From contig RBZT01000375.1 of NCBI GenBank assembly GCA_003693705.1, positions 1 to 64,000 on the forward strand: DNA of 64,000 bases, given 5' to 3'. The notes beneath the pieces were generated by a model. That model ran no database searches. It saw nothing but the letters and a program-made list of their open reading frames with translations, and was not told the DNA's origin. Shown piece after piece: positions 51,979 to 64,000 of the stretch (positions within the stretch are counted from its first letter, which is position 1; each line of letters starts with the position of its first letter). The translations under genes were made by a program, and so were the position numbers. The stretch is from Polymyxa betae A26-41. Lineage: Eukaryota > Protista > Endomyxa: Phytomyxea.

Positions 51979-54794
51979 TTAATGGGTGAGTTTGTACAAG
52001 AGGGATTTCTTTCTCTTTGATAATTCAGATTCCTTAGCACGAATGTCGTTCATCAGAGCTTCTGCCAAAAAAGCCTTGCCTTCTTCGTTCAGGCGCCGAT
52101 CGCCAGCCTGAAAAATCTCGTTGACGATCTCTTTTGAATCCAAGGAATGGTCCTTATTCTTCACTTCCAACGCAAGCTCAAACGGGATCGTCCCTTGACC
52201 GTCTTGCACCATGAGATCAATATTCGGATGATTCAGCAGTAGTCTAACTGCTTCCAGTTCTGTCTGAAGACATGCTAGATGCAGGATCGTACCACCATGC
52301 TTGCCGATCGGCACATTCGGATTAGTTCTTTCATCTTGCAGCAATGCGCGCAGCACTCCAGGGCACGAACTTGTCAGTAAATCGAATCCCTCATTCTTGT
52401 AAGCGTACTGAAGCGGAGTCAATCCCGCTTTATTCTCAATATTGGGATTAACTTGCGAAGCAAGAATCTGATTCATTAAGTCAACCACCTCTTGTCGCTT
52501 GTCCAGTTCGAGACAGTGAAAGTTGGCAAGAATATGCATGATAGTATTACCGTCCTCATCAATCGGAACGTTGCAGTCCGTTCGTGGATCAGATAACAGC
52601 CTCTTGGTCAGCGGGCCAATGTACAGTTCGTGAGACTTTGCACGATGGTCTTTATGTTCCTGGTCGAATTTGTATGCAATCTGGAAAGGGGTTTCTGTTG
52701 CTGCGTTGCGTGCATTGAGGTTAGTGCTCTGAAGACTCAAAAGGATTTGGATTGCTTTGCTGTCACCAGTACGGCAAGCAATATGAAGTAAAGTATCACC
52801 AGCGTCATTGATAAGTTCACTGGCATCGACACGTGGACATCCAAGCAGCATCTTTGTGAGATCTCCTATTCGCGGCGAATAAGACGTCCGCTGATTGTCG
52901 TACTGGTATGCGACATATAGAGCGGTTTTTGAGAAGGCATTTGGTTGGTTGACATCGGTGTTGCGATTGTTGAGCAATAGCTTAATGGCAACAAGATTCG
53001 GCTTCTCGCATGCATAATGAAGCAGCGTATTACGCTCACTACCAATTTTGATATCAGGAACCACTCGATCATGTTGAAGAAGGAGCCCCAGAATACTTTG
53101 TGAAGGATTGTCCAGATGCAATTCGCTGTGCTTTCTAAGTATTTGTTGGTTGATCAGGCGAAGATCTTCAAGGTCAAAAGCAATCTCGATAGGAGTTTTG
53201 CCATCACGACCTCTCATATTCACATTCGTCCGCTTATGAATTAAAAGCATCCGGACGGTACCGTAGTCATGTTTTCGACATGCCATGTGAATCAATGCAT
53301 CCTTGTCAATCACCATGTTTGGATCGGTATTAATGTTTCCCAGAAGTGCTTCGATGATTGAGGCTTGGGTTGTAGAGATCGGCTGGGCAACATCATAACC
53401 CCAGCTTATGGTTGGTCCCGTCAGGACAAAATCGCGATATTCATTCGCTTCATAGGCAACGTGCAGAGGTGTACGACCAAAACGATTGACTGAATTTACA
53501 GGAGCGCCAGGATGCTTCATCATAGCTTTCACGGCCAACAACTCACGGTTTCTGCATGCAATGTGTAGATAAGTATCCTCATTGATATTCCATTTTTGGT
53601 CGGTGATGTTCGTTCCAGCATTTTTCAAGAATGGTACAGTTAGCTTGCCGATGGAGTACTGATCTCTTGGGGGGTGATTATCTTTATCGAAAGCTTTTTT
53701 GAACAGCTCATCAACATCATTGAACGGCAGAGTTAGTAGTAAATCGAGAGCATAATCAAGATCATCGCGTACTTCGAGAAGAAGTGAATCAAGTTTGTCA
53801 GTTGCTAGATGAAGAACAGTATCGTCATCCTCATTTTCAATATTCGGATCCAGGTCTTTTGAATATCGCACAAGATACTCCAGAATAGAATCAGCAGGGT
53901 TCAATAGCTTGCTGCTTCCAGTAGTTGAGGATTCTCCATCCTGGGATACGATGCTCTGATGGTCACCATGTAAGAGATGGAGGAACGCCAGATGCAATGG
54001 GGTGTTCCCGTGAGCATCTTGACTATTAACGTTAAACTTTCCTCTTTGCATCAGGCATTCCATCATCTTTGGATCGGAGCAATACTGAGCGACCAGATGC
54101 ATGGCTGTACGACCGAGAGGATCACTGCGCTCATAAGAGATCTTGGGTTTTTTCAGGATGCGTTTTGCCTCAAAGTAACGTCCATAGCGGCAGGCAGCAA
54201 GCAGGGGAGTAATGCCATAGATATTCGGCCGATCTGATGGCAGATTTTTTAACCTGCTCAGATTGTAAAGTCTCTTCTTGGTTGGATCCCGTAATATCGC
54301 CTCCAGATATGCGTCGTTTCCTTTCCAATTTTGGAATCCTGCTAAGACTCGATAGTATGGATCAATCAGCAAATATGGGACATTGGCCGTAATTTTTGCT
54401 GAACATTCCGGTGGTAGAATGTTCAGATAAGTTGGAGTGTCGGATGGTGTCAAGATTCCCATGACGATCTCCTTAACTTGGTCGTGAGTAGGCTTTTTAC
54501 CACATAAGTCGTTGATGCGAGAAGCGAATGATTCTGCAGTATCGTCGCTGAATCTTTGAATCTCAGCTCTCATAGGTGAGCTAATCCATTCGTATTCTGT
54601 ATCGAGAACTTTTTCATGCACAAACGGCTGGTTGCTGGATGCAGGGGAATACCAATCCTGTTCTGATGCGGCATCTAAATTTCGCTTAAATTGCAGAATG
54701 TTTCATATCTACACTCCTGTTTACCGATTTTCTGTCCTGAACACACGAAATGAATGACGATGGTGACAATCAGGATCGGGTCGGAGCGAAACAT
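51979..54794 (-). CDS. Secreted ankyrin-repeat protein (~921 aa), candidate effector
   Basis: Exon 1 (MFRSDPILIVTIVIHFVCSG, hydrophobic) joins via intron 54724-54675 in frame to the 880-codon ORF. Many GxTPLH/TLLHIAC ankyrin repeats and a C-terminal KRKK. Confidence 0.88.
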
Positions 54795-56472
54795 GGTCGT
54801 ATAATTGGGAATAGGTCGTAAAGGGTGTCTGCTAATGACAAGCGAGAATGGAGAAATGAGGTTGGGTTAGCAGGGTTACACTGGAACATGCGTCATTGCA
54901 GGTTACGCATGACTGACACCTTATGTAACGTAGACTGTTGCATGGTTGATACCACTTTTTTTCGACTAGTTTTCGACCAAGTTGAGCATAGTGTGTGCTA
55001 CATGCCAAACTTGTTATAAATGTACTCTACAGAAACTTGCAGAACTTTCTCAGTTGAACGCTGAAAAACAGTGCTAGCTAAATAATCAATGTCTTTGGCA
55101 TTCAACGCGATCTGCCTTCATCGTCTGGACAGTTTCCATCGTCAGTCATTGTAACGTAAGACTAAGGAAATTTAGTTTTTCAAGCGTTTACTGGATATCT
55201 TACCAATCTTAAGACCCAGAACCCTAATGCCAAGCGACCTATTTCGGGACATCCGCAATGGAGTCGCAGTGATGATCGCTTTCTAACGAGTACGATTCAG
55301 ATTTCTTGCTTCTTCAGTAGCATCGTGAACGCTAACTGCTGCAACAATAGTGGCAGGACGACATATATGTGCTTGCAATGTATATCGTTGGACCTTGATC
55401 AATGGCACCATCAGGATCGACAGCAATTGCTGCCGGGCAGCCCGTTGAACGTTTTTGGGTCGCAAGCCGTTGACCCATAAACATATTTGTGGTGATTCAA
55501 ACTCAATCGAGGATATCGAAGGTTTGTGGCTGGCAATTTAAAAGAATGAAATTAATGAAGCTGCAGAGTGGTAGGTAGCGATTATCTTCAGGATTTAGGT
55601 TCCAGCGTACTCACTACGCAAGTCAAAGGCAGGTCAGGTCATTGGTCGATTCAACCATCAAGAACTGGGTTTACTCATCATTTCCCTTCCGGAAACGCAT
55701 CTCCACGATTCGAGCGCCAATCGAAACGTTCTCCATCCGCCAAAATTGACCTGGCCTGCCCAGACAGCTCATATGCCTTTCTGCATCGATTTCAACAAGT
55801 AAGGCGGCATGCAACATTTCAGAGCAGCTGAATGAGGCGTTATCTCATTCTCGTTTGCATATTACAGTTGGATGAGCTCAGTATTTTCATCTCCCTGGGG
55901 TACCCGAAAAGCAATCGTAATTCAATGGATGTTCATTGTCGATTATGTCCCAGGCGATTCAGTTCCTGTATCAATGCTCGAATGGATGATTCCATGTCGT
56001 AAAACCTGTGAAGCTGAGGTCGGGCAGCATGAATACTAGAGTGGACGTATAACTATTGACAGAAATACGACGTCTGAGCGATATTGATATCCTTACTGCG
56101 TCCATTCTCGATTTTCTTTCTGGCTTTGAGAAGCTCAAATTGCTCTGTCTCTGTTCAGATCTGGACCGAATATCGTAGTGCTGAGATTGCAAGAATGAGG
56201 TTAGGAGAACTCACGTCATCGTGACAAACTCGCTTTAATAAACTCGTAGAACATTTCCCTTTTCTCATTTCAGGGTTTTGGACCGGATTAGGTTATAACA
56301 ACTACGCCCTCTATGATATTTTCAGAATTGAATGAAAGAACTTGAAAGTTGAACCTACAGTACTGTACCTAATACTTTCGTAACGTTACAAATCAAATAA
56401 ATCATGTTACGTATCTCGGTAGGAGCAGCCCTCTTCAATATCTATTACAGCATTTCGCTGCCATGCTTAATA

Positions 56473-57132
56473 ATGCAGATAGCTGAGTACTTGTCGAGAT
56501 TATCCCAGAACGAGCTCTTCTCTGCGTTGAAGTCATGTCTGCCTCCAAGTCCACCGATGAACGCTTCAGCAGATTGAGTTCGTTATGATATAGGTTGCAA
56601 CAATGATGCATGGATAAAAGCAATGATAGCCCAGTTAAACCCTGGTCTGCAAGACATAGAACTTGTACGCCTTTCTCAAAAAATATTCATGGAACTTCCC
56701 AAAACAGAATGGCTGGCGACCTTTGGTGAGCGCTGTATCTTAGTCTTGGGACGATTTTCAATCTATTATTTAGCAACACATCCCAAAATAGGAGCCCGAC
56801 CAAAACCAAATCTGGAACAAGAGTTCAAAGAACAAGCTGGGTTTGGCGCTTCATCAGATTGTACGAAAATCGAAATGGCGAAGCTGAATCAAGAGTACTT
56901 CGGGAAATTCGGGTATTGATAATCAATCACGTTTAGTTGATCCCTGATTATGCTAAACAGATTCATATTCATAACATGTGCATCGGGGAAGACAGGTGAC
57001 CAGATGCTGATAGAAATTCGGCAAAGATTGGGGTCGTCGTTAGAGACTGAACTTAGAACAGCAGCATTAGAGCAAGCCAAAATCACTGAATTGCGATTAA
57101 AGTCTGTAATGAATTCAAATTCGAAGCTGTAG
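56473..57132 (+). CDS. URAD: OHCU decarboxylase (purine/urate catabolism)
   Basis: CCNNDAWIKAM, THPKIG, EQAG, LNQEYFGKFG|FIFITCASGK and EQAKITELRL. Confidence 0.9.
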
Positions 57133-57795
57133 AAGTAGCCTTTAAGCTTCTGCTATTCCAAGAGCAGCAATCCAATGTTTCTCAGCATCATACTACTTAG
57201 TAGTTTCAACGCTATGGATGAATCGTTTCAGCAGGGAAAGAAACCGCATGCCTTCTGGAAACCTGCTGGTATTAGAACTAGAGCATATCGAGTTTGATGC
57301 GTTAAAAACAACAATCAGATCATTATGAGTCCGAAGTCGTTTTTGGCATACTGTAAATTTTTCATGAAAATTTCGGCTGATTATCCGCCCCGACAGCTAT
57401 AGTGATGATACCAACATGACGATTGGCATCTCGTACAATTATAGGTATATACAGAGATAAATCCGATATATTCATGGCTTGTGCAAGGATGGGAGCGATA
57501 TGTCTGATGGGCATCATGAAGAACAACAGAAGTCAAATATCACCAAATGTTAATGAATCAGCTTGATAATTCCGAATCGTATTACCTCTGGGAGTTTTTG
57601 CTGCTTGCATAAGCATTAAGCTGTTGCTGAAATCCAATTGATTTCAGGTAGGATTCTTTCGACAATAAGCAAATGCAGATACGGCTGTCCATCTATTCTT
57701 AGTACTGTAATTAGATATGCGCCCGGTTTCCATTGTCATGGTGGCCTCGCTCTGGAGCGCCGAACGCTTGCGTCGAGCACAAAACCATGTAAATG

Positions 57796-57841
57796 CTCAT
57801 GGTACAGTGCTGTATATTCTCATGGTACAGTGCTGTATATT
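57796..57841. repeat. 23-bp tandem duplication
   Basis: ctcatggtacagtgctgtatatt x2. Confidence 0.8.
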
Positions 57842-58324
57842 TCGATAGGGATTGTTGATCGAGCTGAGAGATCAGGATAACAATGATGAGAGACGTTAAA
57901 GAGTAGCACAGACGAAAACAACGAACTTGATTACAATGTTTAATCCGGCTGTAATCCACTCATAGACGAAGAGAATTTGTCTTTATTCTGCACAAACATT
58001 ACAGGGGACGCCATGGATCGTCTGATGATGCCTTATTTGAATTCTCCTCAATGTCATTTAAGGCAGAGAACAACTCGATCTGAAGACCGCCCTCAGCGTG
58101 TTATGATATTCTCAACCTATCAGCATCATTCAACCTTCACCTATCAATAATCTGCTCCTGTGCCTATATTAAGGTCATGCTTAACCACTTTATCATCATA
58201 CAAATACGACCAAGCAGGTCGATCGCTACTTGATTATAACATGGAAGAAGAGAAGCGCCTGAAGCTCGAGCCGAGGCTCGCGTTCCAGCCAAACCACCCA
58301 TCTGATATACGATTGTGAATCATG

Positions 58325-58345
58325 AAAACCCTAACCCTAACCTAA
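58325..58345 (-). repeat. Interstitial telomere-like repeat
   Basis: Sequence reads aaaaccctaaccctaacctaa. Confidence 0.55.
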
Positions 58346-58660
58346 GTAGTTCCTACCAACCTTTCAATAAAATTTCCAATTTCAATGATAATCAACTCTT
58401 AATTCAATGACATTCATAATGACAACATTAGATGGTACTAACCCCCGTGTCGTTGTGTCCAGCCTCCATTTACCACAAATATAATTCAGTAACAAACACG
58501 CATCCATATCCGACGCCCTGAACTAAGCAGAATGTACTTCATGGAATTCGTAATGTTTGTTCTGTACAAACAATGCACACAATTATACAAAAACAATCAA
58601 CGTAACGTCGTCTAATTGTAAATTCAAATTGCGTATTAAATCTAAACAAAGGTGGGGGAG

Positions 58661-59542
58661 AATCGTTTCTTTTGACGGGGTTATCCTAATTAAAATGGTT
58701 CGTTAATCGGCAAGAGCTCATTTACTACGAGATATTGACCAAATCATTTGCCTCCTTGCATCGAGCACTCCAGTCTTCGCTTCAGCTGCCGTGCCAGTGC
58801 CGATAAGGTAGAGTGTTCAATTAACCAGCTCTTTGAGTAAAAAATTATCCTCAATCAACATCGGAACATCAATATTAATCCTCGGCGGTTATTAGCCAAG
58901 AATCTTGACGCGTTGCAGCTGTTGCCTAACTAGCAGTAGAAGATTTTAAACAAGAAGTTAGGGCTTATTTCCCCCAGGAAACGTTCTGCCACATATTGAA
59001 CCAAACTGTAGGGGTAAATTCGGCAAGAAAACGACAACTATAGCTAGATAGATTATATATATTCAACGTGAAAATTCAAAGGACATCCTGTATTCCAAAA
59101 TGAATCTGTCCATCCCCAGCGAGCGGTTTGGATTCAGTTGGCGTTTGCGCTTCACCGTTTGAGACATAATGGAAACGGCTCCGCAATTGGAATGGTAACT
59201 CGTTCCAAAGGAGTTGGATACGGCAGTGCTGTCAAGTATAATGACCGCATTCTGCTTGCTCTCTCTCCATCATTCCTACATTTTATGGCCAGATGATTTG
59301 GAACGTAAATCTTTAAGCTCTTACAATCACCGCCATTACGGTTCGAAGGGTGCATTCTATCGACTGATGAAACACATGTTGTTCTCCACCAAAACCTGGA
59401 TATTAGATGGTGAAGTGTATTACAACCGCAAATCGCTATTCAATGAACGTATTGTTGACGTTCGATCATAATCGTCGTGTCCGGTATGTGATAGCTGGTT
59501 GGCCTGGATCAGTGCATGATGCAATTGTCAAACTAAACGACT
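58661..59542 (+). mobile_element. Decayed, truncated PIF/Harbinger (DDE_Tnp_4) transposon
   Basis: Frameshifted motifs GHPVFQN, QLAFALHRL, GVGYGS, WPDDLER, GEVYYNRKS and RYVIAGWPGSVHDA. Possible imperfect TIR (58661-58676 vs 59527-59542, 13/16). Confidence 0.8.
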
Positions 59543-60562
59543 GCAACTTGCTTGATCGAGCTCAGGTTAGCTCAGTTACTTGCTTCGTTCTCGTATTCTG
59601 CGCTTTCGACTCTCGTTTTAGATATATTGGCTTCTCTCTTATTTTCGTTTGTTCTCAATTATCCCTATTTTCTCACTTCTTCTCCGGTTAGTTCATTACA
59701 CGCTGCCTATACGTCCAGATCTATCAAGCTCCGCAAGGGTGCGAGATGAGTTACGATCAGCAGCTCATGGACAATTTGAGGCTATCAGAGACCCGCGAAG
59801 GCCCTCTTCAGTGTATCCGTCGCAATCACAGAAATCAGGTCATTCCGGTAATATCTTGGCCTTGTTGTGTCAACTGATCTAACACGTATAATTACTGTAA
59901 TGTCAGTGTGGGGAACGCAAGATGCTGCTAGTGAACTTTATATGGTGAAGACAGTTTGACGGATCAGGTATTATATTTAGTTCTTCAGTGTATTTGTCAC
60001 TGATTTTTCAATTTGGGATGAGGCTTACCGTCCTCTTTTGAAAAAATTTTAAATGTCGGGATTGATTTAGGCATTTGAGAATGAATTTAATGCTGATGCG
60101 CATTCTATAGTGATATCAAGATCTGATACTGTACTAGCGTTATGATCATTAGTGTTCATGATTGACTTTCTGGTAGACCAGATTCGGCATGGCATTAAAA
60201 CGACGAACTCTTCCTCTGTCGCTATTTAAGAACTCGGTTCGTTCTGACCTTCATCAGTATCAGATACAACAATTCAGCATTCACGACCGAATCCTAAACG
60301 GAAGAGATGCTCTGAACCTGCCACTACAACTAAATCTAGCTATAGTCTGCCGTCAAAAAAAGAAGAATCCCAACATCAGAATGCTGTCTCTGAATCTGTA
60401 TCAGCTCCCTCGCAGACCATACAACAAGATCCAACTAATCTAATTTTTTCATCTGAATCTGGAAGTCTCGAGTTAAAAAAAGGAGTTGGAAGCAATACTT
60501 TTTCTCCTGCTGCCTCGGTGGGCAGCAAAACTACAATTGAAAGTTTAGTATAATAGGGTAAT

Positions 60563-61687
60563 CTAACGACGATATCGATCGCGTTCACTGCTACGACGCC
60601 GAGATGATTCGTAGTGTCGGCCTCCAGATAACCGACGAGGAGAGCGTCGAACTGGACTACGACTGCGACGTCGATAATCAGAGTTTTTCATAGACCTGCG
60701 ATTTGGCCTCGGGCTTCGCGATCGTTGTCGAGACCGATCATGGTTTTGTGGCTCGGGAGCTGAAGCCGCCCGCTCCTCCAGTTCGTTCTTAAGCTCCTCA
60801 ATCTTCTCACGAATCATTGAGAATCCCACATGTTGTTTTCCATTTAAGTGTGACTGAATACGAGATTCAGCTTCATTCTGTACGAGGAAAGCTCCACAAA
60901 TATCACAGACTCCTGGAGCAAAATCAGGGGGTTCGACTAGAGATAAACAATCAGATGTCGTACCCATTTTCTTCTCATGATCTGTGATAAACTTGACTCC
61001 AGCGTCAGTCTCCCCTTCTATCTCACGAATCTTTCCTTCAAAGTCATCATAGAGCCCAAGCACGCCACAAGCTTCCTCAACTTTCCCTGAAACAACGTCA
61101 ACAGCAACGTTTTGACCACAATAGAAATCATCACCTTGTTCACCAAGCTCTTGCATCTGATCGACAAGCACAACCTGTTGATCTTTGATTTCGTCAATTC
61201 GTTTCTGACGTTCAATATATGCCGGATCGTTAACATCAGGTTGAACTTGCATCGTCAAACGATCAGTACCACGACGTTTACGCCGATCAACCTCATCAAC
61301 TAATGATTGCAGCAATCGAAGAAATGCATTTTGATAAGATGTCTTCCTTGAAGCAGGCTCTGATTCAAAAGCCTGCTTTAACTGATCGTCATGTGTTTTT
61401 AGACATGGACCTGCATTTGACATTACCAAAAGGTAACCACTTGAGTCAATTTATATACAAACCAAGATCGCTCTTCGTATTATAAAACAGATCCTAAATA
61501 GAGAAATCAGTTATTAAGTGAAGAATACTTGCTATAAGAGTGTACATACATGAGGACAGAATCCACAGACGTAGTATTTGCATACATTGTCATCATACCA
61601 GTGCTGATTGAGGACCTTCTTATCTTCCTCAACAAGGTTCCTATCCTTGCCCATAAGCTGATCTAGAAGTTCACGTTGCGACAACAT
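60563..61687 (-). CDS. LUC7: U1 snRNP-associated splicing factor LUC7
   Basis: MLSQRELLDQLMGKDRN, first zinc finger (VCKYYVCGFCPH), VCDICGAFL...HLNGKQHVGF and an RS-rich tail. Confidence 0.95.
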
Positions 61688-62696
61688 GATATGATGTTAA
61701 TAGATGATGGTATGATGCTGGATCTGATGGTATCACGAGATACTACCAGATAGACACTCCGTCTGATAATTGCGCGATTCTACCCTGATTTTTCCTGACT
61801 TTTTCAATATTTCTCACATTAACTGTACCTAGGTAGTTGTATAGCACAGGCACTATCGACTTCGTATCATATATTATAATATACTCAATATAGTAATCAT
61901 CACTCCATGATGGTAAAATATCTCACGTACTAATAAATTACGATTACTGAGCAAGATAATGACATATTGTGTTTACGGTATTCAACATTGTCACTTGTCA
62001 GTTTTAAAAGCTCAGTAGCTATGTAAGATCTGGTGGATTAAAGGATATAGTGTTATTCTGTCCCATATATTGACTTTGACCTTTGATTCATTCCTGAAAA
62101 CTGTGCACCTTATGGCTGAGTATGCAGTCCTGAAACGTATCAGGTTTGTCGCGATTGGAAGAGAACAGGAAGGGAAGCATTCTTCTTAAGAACCTATCTA
62201 TTAATTGTCCAAATCAGAAACCGTCACATTACGCGAATGAATATATTCAGTGATGGTGTCATGAGCAGTATAGATGGAGGCGTAGTTACGAAATTTCCCA
62301 TCAAAGATCTTGAGGTCAGTTGGGACAGCCAGGAAGGCGTTCTTGGCTTGCTGATGATAATCTGGTATCATTTGAAGAGAAATGACAGCAATCATGGTGA
62401 CATTGACATATGAATATTGTAGATCGTATGCAGTTGATTAATGACAAAGAACACATTGAAAGCAATCAACTTAATACTAATTCTAATTAAGAGATGAACG
62501 TTTGATGCATGTACAATATTGATTTATTTAAAATCACTTCTATTATCACAAATCCTATCTTATTACTGGATGACAAATCCCATCATGATCATGAACAGCC
62601 TGTGTGTGTGTTTAACCATTATCTGCAACTTGAGCTTTATTATTACAAGCAAGTCTGATTGCGGTAATGTTGCCGAATAATTCATAGAATTTCACA

Positions 62697-62945
62697 ATGA
62701 ATGACGAGATGGCTATCGGGCTATTGCTCGTGATCGTATTGATATCAATTACTGTTGGAGTTCCGGTTGTGGTCTGGTTAACAATCGCTTTTGTAAAACA
62801 CACAATATCCATCAACCGTCTTAATCAACAACAACAACAGAATCAGCAGATGGGTCGGCGAGTTCATCCCATCAAAGATCAGCATGAAAGGCGGCGTCGA
62901 CTCGAGATCGCCAGAAATCTCGTACATCGATCTGGACCAGTATGA
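62697..62945 (+). CDS. Small single-pass membrane protein (hypothetical)
   Basis: 82-aa intronless ORF with a long hydrophobic segment, then poly-Q and a basic tail, followed by AATAAA. Confidence 0.4.
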   Translation: MNDEMAIGLLLVIVLISITVGVPVVVWLTIAFVKHTISINRLNQQQQQNQQMGRRVHPIKDQHERRRRLEIARNLVHRSGPV

Positions 62946-63576
62946 CTACCAATAAATCACTGATATCATTATTACTTGGTTTCATTGATCTCGTTGTAGC
63001 CAGTCAAATCTCAATTCCAGTGTTCTGAGATTTCGAGGTCGTTATGAAACTTCAATATGCATACGGTGGCATTTTATAAAGAAAACTGATCGATTGTTGC
63101 AAGGAGGATCATGCCTGCTGGTCTGGTGCATTTGGTACATGAAAGTTATGGGAATAAAGGTTTCTGTTGTGAAATCGACTGGGCTGTAAACGTGGATCAT
63201 CTTCATTGTTTAAACAACGTCATTGGTTGTCGTCATATCGCATATACATGGTGAGGCTGTTATATCATGGTTAATGGCATCAGAGGCGCTTCTCTTGTTC
63301 AGATCTACCTCTGCTTGTTCGATATTAAACATGCATCATGTGATAGTTTAACGATTAATAAAGGTCATCTAGAAAACTTTCGCATAAAGGAAAGCGACAT
63401 AACAATATCCCCATCATTCGAGTCATTTAAGATTCAATCTGTCAGTTGGTTCCATGGATCTGTATTTCTGGGGATTTCAAACAATTAAGTCGTATATTGA
63501 TTGGATAATGCCTGTCTAAAGAGTCCCATCTGATTCGGAGGATGAATTTTATGTCAAATATAATATACAGATAGAT

Positions 63577-64000
63577 ATGCTGAAATGTTATGTATTATCC
63601 ATATTAAGGAATGGGCCAATATGGTATCCAGCAGGACGTCTATTATCATCAACTGTATCAACAACTGGAACTTCGAAGAAAGATACCAAAGATCTGTATC
63701 TGCCACCTGCTCGCCGCCTTCTCAATATGCAGCGAATGTTCCAGGCTGAAGTAGAGGCTATTATCATGGAGATCGAGGTCGTATACTAATTCGGTATCAT
63801 ATTCACAATTTATTTGTTAAACAGGATACGAGGAATATCCTAAGTCATACTGCTGATAGATCTCCTCAGATCAAATATTATCAAGATAGGTGATGACAAT
63901 GTTTTTATCAAATTGTTGAAAGACGCTTCGTCTGACATTTTCGTATTTAGATTAGATCAGTTGTATAGTCGACGTGATTATCTGGCTGCAGAAATCACAG
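63577..64000 (+). pseudogene. Hypothetical gene start with mitochondrial-like presequence; frame appears broken
   Basis: MLKCYVLSILRN...RLLSST then a GT-AG intron. The spliced frame stops quickly while another frame stays open to the window end. Confidence 0.25.

Noticed and set aside
55226-56268. One or two small genes between the ankyrin and OHCU decarboxylase genes
   Set aside because: Splice-like signals exist, but I could not build a convincing model or recognise a domain.
57400-58305. GINS Psf1-like pseudogene on the minus strand (LLPCYN, NKR-ILFVY fragments)
   Set aside because: The resemblance is limited to two short frameshifted motifs, which is too weak to call.

Overview
Gene-dense eukaryotic genomic DNA with roughly balanced GC (estimated by eye) and many short (about 45-60 nt) spliceosomal introns. 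The intron style and a signal-peptide ankyrin gene suggest a plasmodiophorid (Rhizaria) plant parasite, possibly Spongospora- or Polymyxa-like; this is inference only. Manual splicing supports about 20 genes: a six-blade Kelch propeller fused in frame to a PKA catalytic domain, a SepA/Cdc7/MAP3K-epsilon kinase, myosin I with SH3, a secreted two-module Cys-rich peptide, mitochondrial uL1, DNA ligase I, ArfGAP, an NPSN-type SNARE, syntaxin 5, a TMC/OSCA-like channel, a split-PH/FYVE Raf-like kinase, EMG1, a sigma GST, a Nup98-like nucleoporin, a Mia40/GCK-like protein, RPL7, a secreted ankyrin protein, OHCU decarboxylase and LUC7. Also present are a pogo-like MITE, an element with a 9-bp TSD (Mutator-like), a decayed PIF/Harbinger transposase and a WD40 pseudogene. 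The most striking item is the Kelch-PKA fusion. All exon structures were derived by eye and no database searches were run.
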